Assembly: GCA_018825365.1 (NCBI GenBank)
Contig: JAHJEV010000003.1
Location: 387,669-451,668 of the forward strand
Reading direction: 5' to 3'
DNA length: 64,000 nucleotides
From: Patescibacteria group bacterium
Lineage (GTDB): Bacteria; Patescibacteriota; WWE3; UBA101185; UBA10185
A program made the position numbers and the translations under genes. The notes under the pieces are model-generated. The model was not told where the DNA came from. It saw only the letters and a program-made list of their open reading frames with translations, and did not search any database. Shown one piece after another: positions 8,317 to 16,881 of this stretch (position 1 is its first letter; each line of letters starts with the position of its first letter).

Positions 8317-9369
8317 ATGGTAACTACTAACGACCAAAGCGAATCCAATAAAGTGCAACGTAAAACGTATGTTGAGCATCACGGTAAGGTCGCTGAGGCA
8401 GGTGATAGATTTAAACACGTTATGGCAATAGCACTGGATCCAATATCTAAATATGAAAACGGCATTATTCGCTGCATTACTAGCCGACAAGGGAATGTAG
8501 AAATAGGCGGTTACATAGACCGAAGCGAACTTCACACAATTAAAGGCAACTCCCTTGAGCACTTTATCATTGGGGAAAGATTAAAAATGCGTAACGAAGA
8601 CGAAATCATTAAACAGGTCGGTGGGGAAGACCTGGATTTCATAGGACTTGAAGACCCAGACATTTTTATTGACGAACATACTGGTCTTACACATATATAC
8701 TTCACAATGCCCTTCTTGAGCAAAAAAGAGAATATGAGCTTGGTGAATCTTGGACATGCTGTTGGCAATGACCTAAATTCCCTTGAAATGACATTGCCTG
8801 TTCTTACAGCAGAGTATAAAACAAATGCATGCGCAAAGGAGGTTTCTATATCCCCACTCAATAGACTGGGGGTTAGAAATAACCTTATAGAGTCAAGCGC
8901 CTATGAAGAGGGTATTTGGTATTCCACAGTGAGAATTGCAATAGCAAAAGACTTAGGTAAATCATGGGAGTTTGGAGAAACTGTATTCCATCCAAACGAG
9001 CACAAGATTCCATGGATTGCCGGCCACGCTTCCCCAGGGCCACTTTTACCCAAAACATTTATTGATCTTGGCAAAGGAAGGATGCTTGGCATTATAAACG
9101 GACGCGAGGCTAACCAGATTATCGGTAAGAACATTAAATATGGAATGTTCTCAGTTGGACTTTTTGTTTATGATTATGAGAATGGAAAAATCGAATGGGT
9201 ATCACCAAAACCCCTAATCCAGGATAGCCTGGCAAAAACTATCACATTCGCCAGTCAGTTCATAGAAACAAATAAAGGCATGGGAATTCTGTATGCCCAT
9301 GTTGATGACTCTTTCGTGCGTGCTTACACTTTGTATGCAGAGGGTATCAGGTCATTACTACCATTTTAA
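8317..9369 (+). CDS. Beta-propeller glycosidase/phosphorylase-like protein (GH130-like)
   Basis: GLEDPD, PLIQD...ITFASQ and LYAHVDD motifs. Confidence 0.55.
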   Translation: MVTTNDQSESNKVQRKTYVEHHGKVAEAGDRFKHVMAIALDPISKYENGIIRCITSRQGNVEIGGYIDRSELHTIKGNSLEHFIIGERLKMRNEDEIIKQVGGEDLDFIGLEDPDIFIDEHTGLTHIYFTMPFLSKKENMSLVNLGHAVGNDLNSLEMTLPVLTAEYKTNACAKEVSISPLNRLGVRNNLIESSAYEEGIWYSTVRIAIAKDLGKSWEFGETVFHPNEHKIPWIAGHASPGPLLPKTFIDLGKGRMLGIINGREANQIIGKNIKYGMFSVGLFVYDYENGKIEWVSPKPLIQDSLAKTITFASQFIETNKGMGILYAHVDDSFVRAYTLYAEGIRSLLPF

Positions 9370-9440
9370 TACTCAAATAAGTGTTTAAGTTAACCCTAGC
9401 CAAAGAAAACTACATCTAGTTAACAGATAGACAAAAACTA

Positions 9441-9596
9441 GCGTCATTGATACTTAAAGACAATAAATAACAACTAACATTGCATAATATATCCTAGAGA
9501 ATAAAATGAGACACTGAAACTACCCTTTTATACTGTCTCGCTTGTCTCATTTACATCCTGGAGAATAAGAAGGTTCTAAACCCGTATGCTCGGCCA
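9441..9596 (+). repeat. Long repeat copy B, ending in boundary repeat R6
   Basis: Aligns with 4379-4536. Confidence 0.92.
9572..9596 (+). repeat. Cassette-boundary repeat R6
   Basis: GGTTCTAAACCCGTATGCTCGGCCA. Confidence 0.9.
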
Positions 9597-9639
9597 ATTA
9601 AAAATTAAGAAATGTAATTTTTTGTTGTATTATTAGAAT

Positions 9640-10134
9640 ATGAAAGTTCCTAAAGTATTGAAGTTCTCTGGATTATTTATCATTTTATTTTTGGTCATTT
9701 TTTATGCTTCCACTCTTGTCGCTTACCGATATGGTGCAAAATGTCATTGCTATGGATTCAAAACCAACGGCTTGTGTTTGGGTATAAATACGGTATGTAC
9801 AGGGTTGGGACCAGCTTTGCATGTAAATTTTAATAACAATATGACTGAAAACTGTAATTCCCAAAAAGACGCGAATACTTTAACTATAGATTTTGCTCAA
9901 TGTAAAAATTGTGAAGAAATAATTTACGTCGGTTTTGGCTCAACAACGTATGAGATGTATAAATCTCAAGATGATAATTACTGCACAATGCAATATGGAG
10001 GGGAAATCGAAAATCCTAATTGGAAAGGTGATTTGAACACCACATGTACAGTTCCAAGAAACATTGGAATCAAAACCTTTAATATTACCAACTATGGTGT
10101 GGATTTTTCATCTCTAGCGGCATATTGTAAATAG
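9640..10134 (+). CDS. Cys-rich exported/membrane-anchored protein; cassette 8
   Basis: N-terminal TM segment and 10 Cys; stop codon 2 nt before R7. Confidence 0.7.
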   Translation: MKVPKVLKFSGLFIILFLVIFYASTLVAYRYGAKCHCYGFKTNGLCLGINTVCTGLGPALHVNFNNNMTENCNSQKDANTLTIDFAQCKNCEEIIYVGFGSTTYEMYKSQDDNYCTMQYGGEIENPNWKGDLNTTCTVPRNIGIKTFNITNYGVDFSSLAAYCK

Positions 10135-10136
10135 CT

Positions 10137-10161
10137 AGTTCTAGACCTATATACTCAGCCA
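10137..10161 (+). repeat. Cassette-boundary repeat R7
   Basis: AGTTCTAGACCTATATACTCAGCCA. Confidence 0.88.
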
Positions 10162-10324
10162 AGAAAAACGAGAGGTATATTAAACTCTAGTCCTTACTTT
10201 TGGCGTTGACAAAAAGTTTCAAAAGTTGCATATTACTTTGTGCGAATTTTTACGAATTTCTCAAACGACCATAATGTCTTATCCTCTTCAGTAATAAATT
10301 CATCTAAACTAAGAAACAATTCCT

Positions 10325-10840
10325 TTGTTAAAAATACAACCGCCTAAGTATGAGTACTGCCCATTTTGTAAGACTAAATTATTAGCTAAAGTTGACGACG
10401 ACCGTTCAAGAAAATACTGCCCTTCTTGCGGTTGGATATACTATCCTCAGGTTTTTGACTCTGTAGCAGCAATAATAATAAAAAATAATAAAATGCTGTT
10501 AGTTGAAAGGGGTCGAGAACCATATAAAAACACGTGGATGTTTCCCGGCGGGTTTGTTGAATATGGAGAACATCCTGAAGAAACATTGAGACGGGAGGTG
10601 AAAGAAGAAACAGGTTTGAAAGCGGAAAAAATTTCCTTTTTCAAAATAGTTCAATCAGTGGATGATCCCAGAGCACCGGGAAATCTCATTTTTTTCTACC
10701 AAGTCAAACCATATGAAGGATCGATAAAAACTGACGAAAAAGAAAACGTTGCTGTGAATTGGTTTTCTTTAGACCGGTTACCAAAAATTGGATGGAAATC
10801 TCACAAATATATTATAAAGGCGTTAAAAAAAGACAAATGA
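10325..10840 (+). CDS. NUDIX hydrolase with N-terminal zinc ribbon
   Basis: CPFC/CPSC plus the Nudix box GGFVEYGEHPEETLRREVKEETGL. Confidence 0.9.
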   Translation: MLKIQPPKYEYCPFCKTKLLAKVDDDRSRKYCPSCGWIYYPQVFDSVAAIIIKNNKMLLVERGREPYKNTWMFPGGFVEYGEHPEETLRREVKEETGLKAEKISFFKIVQSVDDPRAPGNLIFFYQVKPYEGSIKTDEKENVAVNWFSLDRLPKIGWKSHKYIIKALKKDK

Positions 10841-10851
10841 AAAGGACAACC

Positions 10852-12261
10852 ATGTTAAAAAAATATGATTGTATTATAGTGGGCGCAGGACCAGCAGGTA
10901 TTTTTGCTGCTTTAGAATTTGCGAAACACACCAAACTTAAGATTTTGTTACTAGAAAAAGGAAATGTTCTCGAAAAGCGAATGTGCCAAACAGCTAAAAA
11001 TGGTGGGGTCTGTGTCAATTGCAAGATCTGCGATAATACCAAGGGCTGGGGTGGCGGAGGTGCCCTTTCAGATGGAAAACTAAATGTGGCTACAACTACA
11101 ATTGGAGTTAGAATGCTGGACTATATGTCAAAACCGGATTTCACCCGCTTGGTTAAGGTTGCAGATGAGCTTTGGGTAAGGTTTGGAGCTCCGGAAAATC
11201 TTTTTGGAATTGATAATACTGAGATTAGAAAGATAAAAAAACTTTGTACTAAAGCAAAACTAGATTTTAAGGTTAGCCCGATAAGACATATAGGAACGGG
11301 CAGGAGTTTTGACGTTCTTAACAATATGTATGAGGCGTTAAAATCAAAAATAGAAATTAAGTTTAATTCAGAGGTTGAAGAGATACTTGTTGATGATAAT
11401 AAAACAGTAGGGGTAAAACTAAAAAACTCCAAAAAATATTTTGCTGATAATGTTATTGTTGCTCCAGGAAGAGAAGGCAGCACGTGGTTTGCAGATGAGT
11501 GCAAAAGACTTGAACTAGATAAAGTGGTACACCCAGTTGAATTGGGTGTCAGAGTAGAAGTTCCTTCTGAAGTAATGAAAAGACTTACCGATGTTTTGTA
11601 TGAAGCAAAAATCTCATATGAGGGAAAAACATTTAATGACTTTGTTAGAACATTTTGTATGTGTCCAAACGGTTTCGTGGCACGAGAGCGGGTTAATGTT
11701 GGTGGCTCCAGTATTATTAGCGCAAACGGGCACAGTTTCAGTGACCGAAAATCAGAAAACACAAACTTTGCAATTTTAGTAAGAAGTAATTTTACCGCCC
11801 CATTCAAAGAGCCTAACCTTTACGGGACTTATGTTACCGGGCTATCCAATTTAATTTCCAGCGGTGTCTTGGTTCAAAGGTTAGGTGACCTTTTGGCCGG
11901 AAGAAGATCTACCCCAGAAAGAATAAAGAAAGGTCTAGTTAAACCTACACTAACCGATGCCGATCCTGGAGATTTGGCCTTTGCTCTCCCCTACAGGCAC
12001 TTAGTGAATATCATGGAAATGCTAAGGGCGTTGGATAAAGTTACACCTGGGGTATTTTCTTTTGATACTCTACTTTATGGAACTGAAGTTAAATTCTTCT
12101 CTTCTGGACCTGTGTTCAAGAAATTTTTAGAAACACAAATAAATAACTTGTATGCTTGCGGTGATGGAGTGGGTGTCAGTTCTAATCTTGTACATGCCTC
12201 TGTTTCGGGATTGTTAGTTGCAGAATATATAGTTAATAAAATTAAAGAGAAAGGAAAATAA
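10852..12261 (+). CDS. FAD-dependent oxidoreductase (COG2509-like)
   Basis: IVGAGPAG, GGGGALSDGKL, RTFCMCPNG and GDGVG motifs; AAGGA SD before ATG 10852 (alternative start 10837). Confidence 0.85.
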   Translation: MLKKYDCIIVGAGPAGIFAALEFAKHTKLKILLLEKGNVLEKRMCQTAKNGGVCVNCKICDNTKGWGGGGALSDGKLNVATTTIGVRMLDYMSKPDFTRLVKVADELWVRFGAPENLFGIDNTEIRKIKKLCTKAKLDFKVSPIRHIGTGRSFDVLNNMYEALKSKIEIKFNSEVEEILVDDNKTVGVKLKNSKKYFADNVIVAPGREGSTWFADECKRLELDKVVHPVELGVRVEVPSEVMKRLTDVLYEAKISYEGKTFNDFVRTFCMCPNGFVARERVNVGGSSIISANGHSFSDRKSENTNFAILVRSNFTAPFKEPNLYGTYVTGLSNLISSGVLVQRLGDLLAGRRSTPERIKKGLVKPTLTDADPGDLAFALPYRHLVNIMEMLRALDKVTPGVFSFDTLLYGTEVKFFSSGPVFKKFLETQINNLYACGDGVGVSSNLVHASVSGLLVAEYIVNKIKEKGK

Positions 12262-12263
12262 CT

Positions 12264-13547
12264 ATGCCAGGAGTAGTTGTCTTAGGATCTCAATGGGGAG
12301 ATGAGGGTAAGGGAAGGCTTGTTGATTATTTGGCCAAAAAGGCTAGTTACGTTTGCAGGTTTAGCGGAGGAAATAATGCCGGTCACACAGTTGTGTACAA
12401 AGGAAAACAGTATCTTTTTACTATTCTTCCTTCAGGAGTTTTGTCAGAAAAAAAACTTGTCATAGCTGCCGGTGTATGCTTTGATCCGGAGGTTCTCATT
12501 TCAGAAATTGATATGGTAGAAAAGGCGGGAATAAAGGTAAAACTACTCATTGATCCGAGGGCTCATATTGTTATGCCCTATCACAGACAGCGTGATACGG
12601 CCAACGAGGCAAGAAGAGGTAAAACCGCAGTTGGTAGTGTGGGTTTTGGTGTTGGATATTGTTTTGTAGATAGAGCAAGAAGAGAAAATTTACGATTTGA
12701 GGACATCATTATACCAACTCTTGCCAAAAAGAAATTAGATTATTTTTTCCCCTCTAAAAAAGAGACGCTAGAAAAGATCTATGGTGTTACACCCTTACCT
12801 AAAGAAGAAATTTTAAAGAGGATTTTAAAATTTGGTAAAAAACTTAGACCTTACTTATGTGATGTTTCTTTAGAATTAGGTAAGGCGCTGGAAAAAGGCG
12901 AAACAGTATTATTTGAGGGAAGCCAGGGCGTTATGTTAGATGTTAATTTTGGAACGTACCCTTACGCTACAGGGTCCCATATTATTTCGGGCTATGTTTT
13001 TACTTCTGTTGGGTTACCGCCACAAAACCTAAAGGTCATTGGCGTTGTAAAATCCTTTAGCTCTAGAGCAGATACGGGTGCAGGTCCTCTACCAACAGAA
13101 ATATCAACGGCACGGGGGGCAGGAAAACATATTTTATATAAAGGTCATGAGTTTGAGGAGTTCCTAAATATTCCGGTAAGACCAAGAAGAATAGGCTGGC
13201 TGGATTTGCCAATGTTAAGGTATGCTCATCAATTGAATAAGTTTTCGGAGTTAGCTCTTACTCATGCTGATACTATGATGGGACTAAAGGAAATACTTGT
13301 CTGCACCCACTACGAAATAAAAAAGAAAAAGTATCTGTATCCACAGTTTCCGGGAATAACGGAAAATGTAAAACCGATATACAAAAGGTTTCCTGGTTGG
13401 CAATTTGAGGTTAGTAAAATTAAGAGGTATTCCGATTTGCCCGGGGAACTAAAATCCTACATTGAATTTATTGAAAAGGAGACCGACACCCCAATAAGAT
13501 ATATTTCCTTGGGTGCAGAACGGGAATCTCTAATCGAGAAAAGGTAA
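12264..13547 (+). CDS. purA: Adenylosuccinate synthetase-family protein (divergent PurA)
   Basis: QWGDEGKG, GGNNAGHT, EGSQG and RPRRIGWLD are present, but the IMP- and Asp-binding loops are altered. Confidence 0.75.
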   Translation: MPGVVVLGSQWGDEGKGRLVDYLAKKASYVCRFSGGNNAGHTVVYKGKQYLFTILPSGVLSEKKLVIAAGVCFDPEVLISEIDMVEKAGIKVKLLIDPRAHIVMPYHRQRDTANEARRGKTAVGSVGFGVGYCFVDRARRENLRFEDIIIPTLAKKKLDYFFPSKKETLEKIYGVTPLPKEEILKRILKFGKKLRPYLCDVSLELGKALEKGETVLFEGSQGVMLDVNFGTYPYATGSHIISGYVFTSVGLPPQNLKVIGVVKSFSSRADTGAGPLPTEISTARGAGKHILYKGHEFEEFLNIPVRPRRIGWLDLPMLRYAHQLNKFSELALTHADTMMGLKEILVCTHYEIKKKKYLYPQFPGITENVKPIYKRFPGWQFEVSKIKRYSDLPGELKSYIEFIEKETDTPIRYISLGAERESLIEKR

Positions 13548-13679
13548 TCAACAATAAATCTCAACTTCGGAGACATTCGTTATAGGACACCTGTGTTCCA
13601 GTCTTTTATTTTCATCCTGGAAAAGGAACCCCATATATAAATTCTAGCATTTGATATACTACAAACGTTAACAGCTGCT

Positions 13680-14651
13680 ATGTCAAATTTTTGGAAAAAA
13701 TTATCAAAACCATTTACCGCATTGGCCCCAATGGATGGGGTTACGGATTTTGTATTCAGAGAAATAGTTTGCGAAATTGCAAAGCCTGATGTTTTGTTTA
13801 CCGAATTTACCCCAACGGATGCGATTGTTTCAAAAGGCTACAACAGAGTTATCGGAAATCTTAAATACTCAGAAAAACAGCGTCTGATAGTTGCCCAGAT
13901 ATGGGGAATTCATCCTGAAAATTTTTATAAAACTGCAAAACTTTGCAAAAACTTAAAATTTGATGGAATAGACATAAACATGGGCTGCCCGGACAAGAAT
14001 GTTGTAAAAATTGGATCCGGAGCGGCGTTAATAAATAATAAAAAACTGGCGGAGGAAATTATTAAAGCTACTAAAAAGGGGGCAGGAAACATTCCGGTAA
14101 GTGTAAAAACAAGAATAGGGTTCGCCGAAGTAGTCACTGAGAATTGGATTTCTTTTTTACTTAAACAAGATATAGACGCAATATCAATTCACGGAAGAAC
14201 AGCAAAAGAAATGTCAAAAGGCCGGGCTGACTGGGATGAAATTGCTAAGACCGTAAAACTAAGAGACACTCTGTCTCCAAAAACCGTGATTATAGGAAAC
14301 GGAGATGTCTTAAGTTACAAAGAAGTGTTGGAGAAATCGGAAAAATACGGGGTCGATGGAGTAATGATAGGAAGAGGAATATTCTCTAATCCTTGGATAT
14401 TTGAAAAAACACAAAATCCCCTTTCTCATTCAACTGAAGAGCATCTTAGACTTCTCACAAAACATACAAAGCTATTTTGTGATACTTACCGTAATGAGAA
14501 AGACTTCAATACCATGAAAAAGTTTTTCAAGATTTATGTAAGATCATTCAGAGGGGCAGGAAAAATAAAGAAACAGTTAATGGAATGCAAGAATCACGAA
14601 GATGTTGAAAGAGTGGTTCTACCTTATCTCAGTAACCTCACCACGCCTTAA
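13680..14651 (+). CDS. dusB: tRNA-dihydrouridine synthase
   Basis: LAPMDGVTD, DINMGCP, VSVKTR, HGRT, GNGD, MIGRG. Confidence 0.9.
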   Translation: MSNFWKKLSKPFTALAPMDGVTDFVFREIVCEIAKPDVLFTEFTPTDAIVSKGYNRVIGNLKYSEKQRLIVAQIWGIHPENFYKTAKLCKNLKFDGIDINMGCPDKNVVKIGSGAALINNKKLAEEIIKATKKGAGNIPVSVKTRIGFAEVVTENWISFLLKQDIDAISIHGRTAKEMSKGRADWDEIAKTVKLRDTLSPKTVIIGNGDVLSYKEVLEKSEKYGVDGVMIGRGIFSNPWIFEKTQNPLSHSTEEHLRLLTKHTKLFCDTYRNEKDFNTMKKFFKIYVRSFRGAGKIKKQLMECKNHEDVERVVLPYLSNLTTP

Positions 14652-14813
14652 CCTGTAAATAATTATCAGGCGCCTACTAAACTTCAGAATTGGGTTTTTT
14701 AATCCAAACGGTACCGAAAATGACTGTGGAGATGATGATCTAAACGATTTATCACAGATTTATAACAAATAGAAAAATGGCTGTTGTCTTGCCTATTGTG
14801 ATATACTGGGTCA

Positions 14814-15515
14814 ATGAAAAAAACAAATATCAACATTAAAGCTATTTTTTCCAAAATTAAGACTTTCTTCGTGAGAATTAATCCTTTTAAAAAGAGTGGA
14901 AACACGTCTCTTACATCCATGAAAAATTACATCGTTAAAAACAAACTGCTTGTAGGAGGAATTGCAGCAGTAGCAGTCGCATTCCTAGGTGGCTACTACA
15001 TCAAAAGCCTTTTTATCGCTGCAACGGTAAACGGGTCTCCGATATCAAGAATGAAAATCATTAAGGAACTTGAAAAAAGAGGCGGTGCTTCAACCCTTGA
15101 AAGTATAGTTACCGAAAAACTAATAAAGCAGGAAGCTGCAAGAAGGCGTATTTCAGTAACTAATGAGGAAATCGACTCAGCAATCGCAAATATTGAAGTT
15201 AGCCTTAAAAGCCAGTCACAAGACTTAAAATCAGCACTTGCTTTACAGGGAATGACCTTAAACGATCTTAAAAATCAGATAACTTTACAAAAACTGGTCG
15301 AGAAACTACTGGCCGACAAAGTCACTGTGACGGACGAGGAAATAACGAAATACATCACCGACAATAAAATCTCGCTTCCCGAGGGAACAGATCAAGAAAA
15401 CACAAGGTCAATCATCAAACAGCAAATCACTCAGGAAAAATTGGGGCAGGAAATACAATCCCTGCTAGATGACTTGAAAAAGGCTGCGAAAATTAACATA
15501 TTTGTCAAGTACTAA
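14814..15515 (+). CDS. SurA/PrsA N-terminal-domain chaperone-like protein
   Basis: TM anchor followed by AATVNG.PI...LI.QEA...I.V..EEID. Confidence 0.75.
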   Translation: MKKTNINIKAIFSKIKTFFVRINPFKKSGNTSLTSMKNYIVKNKLLVGGIAAVAVAFLGGYYIKSLFIAATVNGSPISRMKIIKELEKRGGASTLESIVTEKLIKQEAARRRISVTNEEIDSAIANIEVSLKSQSQDLKSALALQGMTLNDLKNQITLQKLVEKLLADKVTVTDEEITKYITDNKISLPEGTDQENTRSIIKQQITQEKLGQEIQSLLDDLKKAAKINIFVKY

Positions 15516-15550
15516 TCGTAAAAGTCATCAAAATCTAATATACTTTAACT

Positions 15551-16117
15551 ATGCTGCTCAAATTCACAAGATCTATAGATGAGATGCTACCTCTTTTGAT
15601 GAATGGAAAGGAAGTCAAAAGTAAGGATCCCGTCTATTGGGTCTTCTCCAATGTTTCAAAAAAATGGGAGCACGCAACCCTCATCTGTCCGGGAGACTTT
15701 GGAGGAGAGTTTCCTAAAACATTCGGACACTACCACACCACAGACTCAATTGAAAAATACAAGGTTTTATATGGGCAGGGAATCATAATTATGCAAAAAA
15801 GAAAGTTCATAGATGATGATTGGGTACCAGACCAAATCGAAAAAGTCTATTTTGTTGAGTTTCTCTCGGGAGATGAAATAAATATACCGCCGGAATGGGG
15901 CCATTCCTGTTCAAATATAGGTGCGGAGCCTTTATTGTTACTTGACGATTGGAAGGGAGAAGAGGATTACGAACCGATTAAGAAGTTGGGCGGTCTAGCT
16001 TACTTTTTGGTAAACAAAGATGGTAAAGCGGAATTTGTTCCTAACAAGAACTACAAAGATCTTCCAAAACCGGAGTGGATAACGGCCTCTGATTTTAATA
16101 AACTATCGTGTGAGTAA
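15551..16117 (+). CDS. Cupin-type (archaeal-type) glucose-6-phosphate isomerase
   Basis: GEFPKTFGHYH...E.Y.VL.G.G...IPPEWGH...N.G. Confidence 0.8.
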   Translation: MLLKFTRSIDEMLPLLMNGKEVKSKDPVYWVFSNVSKKWEHATLICPGDFGGEFPKTFGHYHTTDSIEKYKVLYGQGIIIMQKRKFIDDDWVPDQIEKVYFVEFLSGDEINIPPEWGHSCSNIGAEPLLLLDDWKGEEDYEPIKKLGGLAYFLVNKDGKAEFVPNKNYKDLPKPEWITASDFNKLSCE

Positions 16118-16165
16118 GCTTTTCCAGGATTTGATTTGTAACTTTTGGTATAATGAATAGACTTT

Positions 16166-16864
16166 ATGTCAAAAATCGAAGAAAACAAAACCTCGCTCCC
16201 CAACCACATATCCATAATAATGGACGGTAACAGAAGATGGGCCAAAAAGCGCGGTCTTCCTGGAGCTGAGGGGCATAGACAGGGTTCTATTGCTTTTGAA
16301 TCTTTAATGGATTACGCACAAAAAATAGGTTTAAAGTGTTTATCCGCTTGGGCATTCTCCACAGAAAACTGGAAAAGGTCAAAAGAAGAAATAGATTATC
16401 TATTCTCGTTAGTAAGAAAGAAGATGGAAAAGTGGAAAAAGAAATTCATTAAGGAAAAGATCCATTTCCACCATATTGGAAGAAAAGACAGGCTTCCAGA
16501 AGATATTAGAAAGGTTTTGGAGGAAACGGAGGAGGCAACAAAGGATTTTGACGGTTTCATTGTTGCATTGGCCGTTGATTACGGCGGACACGATGAACTT
16601 ACAAGAACCATTAAAAAACTTGTTGATGAAAAGATCGAAATTACACCGGAAAACATCGAAAATAATTTAGATACAGCGGGGCTTCCTAAAATTGATCTAA
16701 TAATAAGAACTGGCGGGGAAAAAAGACTGAGTGGGTATATGCCTTGGCAAAGTGAGTGTGCAGAACTTTACTTCTCAGACACATATTTCCCAGATTTTAA
16801 ACCAAAACATCTGGATGAGGCGATAAAAGACTTCAACTCTAGGGAAAGAAGATTTGGAAAATAG
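16166..16864 (+). CDS. uppS: Undecaprenyl diphosphate synthase
   Basis: HISIIMDGNRRWA, AFSTENWKR, DLIIRTGGEKRLSG. Confidence 0.96.
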   Translation: MSKIEENKTSLPNHISIIMDGNRRWAKKRGLPGAEGHRQGSIAFESLMDYAQKIGLKCLSAWAFSTENWKRSKEEIDYLFSLVRKKMEKWKKKFIKEKIHFHHIGRKDRLPEDIRKVLEETEEATKDFDGFIVALAVDYGGHDELTRTIKKLVDEKIEITPENIENNLDTAGLPKIDLIIRTGGEKRLSGYMPWQSECAELYFSDTYFPDFKPKHLDEAIKDFNSRERRFGK

Positions 16865-16881
16865 TTAAAACATCCTAAAAC

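Larger units (their letters stand above)
1095..10161 (+). mobile_element. tRNA-anchored array of repeat-delimited gene cassettes (integron-like, no integrase inside)
   Basis: Seven 25-bp direct repeats plus one degenerate copy, all at gene boundaries and resembling tRNA 1095-1119. Confidence 0.75.

Noticed and set aside
1964-10161. Repeats as a CRISPR array
   Set aside because: Intervals are 0.46-2.5 kb and contain whole genes; no cas genes in the window.
1964-10161. Repeats as classical integron attC or dif/pdif sites
   Set aside because: No RYYYAAC...GTTRRRY long palindrome, no intI, and no TTATGTTAAAT-like XerD arm.
10162-10324. Purine riboswitch upstream of the NUDIX-PurA operon
   Set aside because: A TTGACA promoter-like element is present, but I could not recognise an aptamer consensus; an Rfam scan would settle it.
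12264-13547. PurZ (2-aminoadenine pathway)
   Set aside because: The catalytic Asp of GDEGKG is retained where PurZ has Ser, and there is no phage context.
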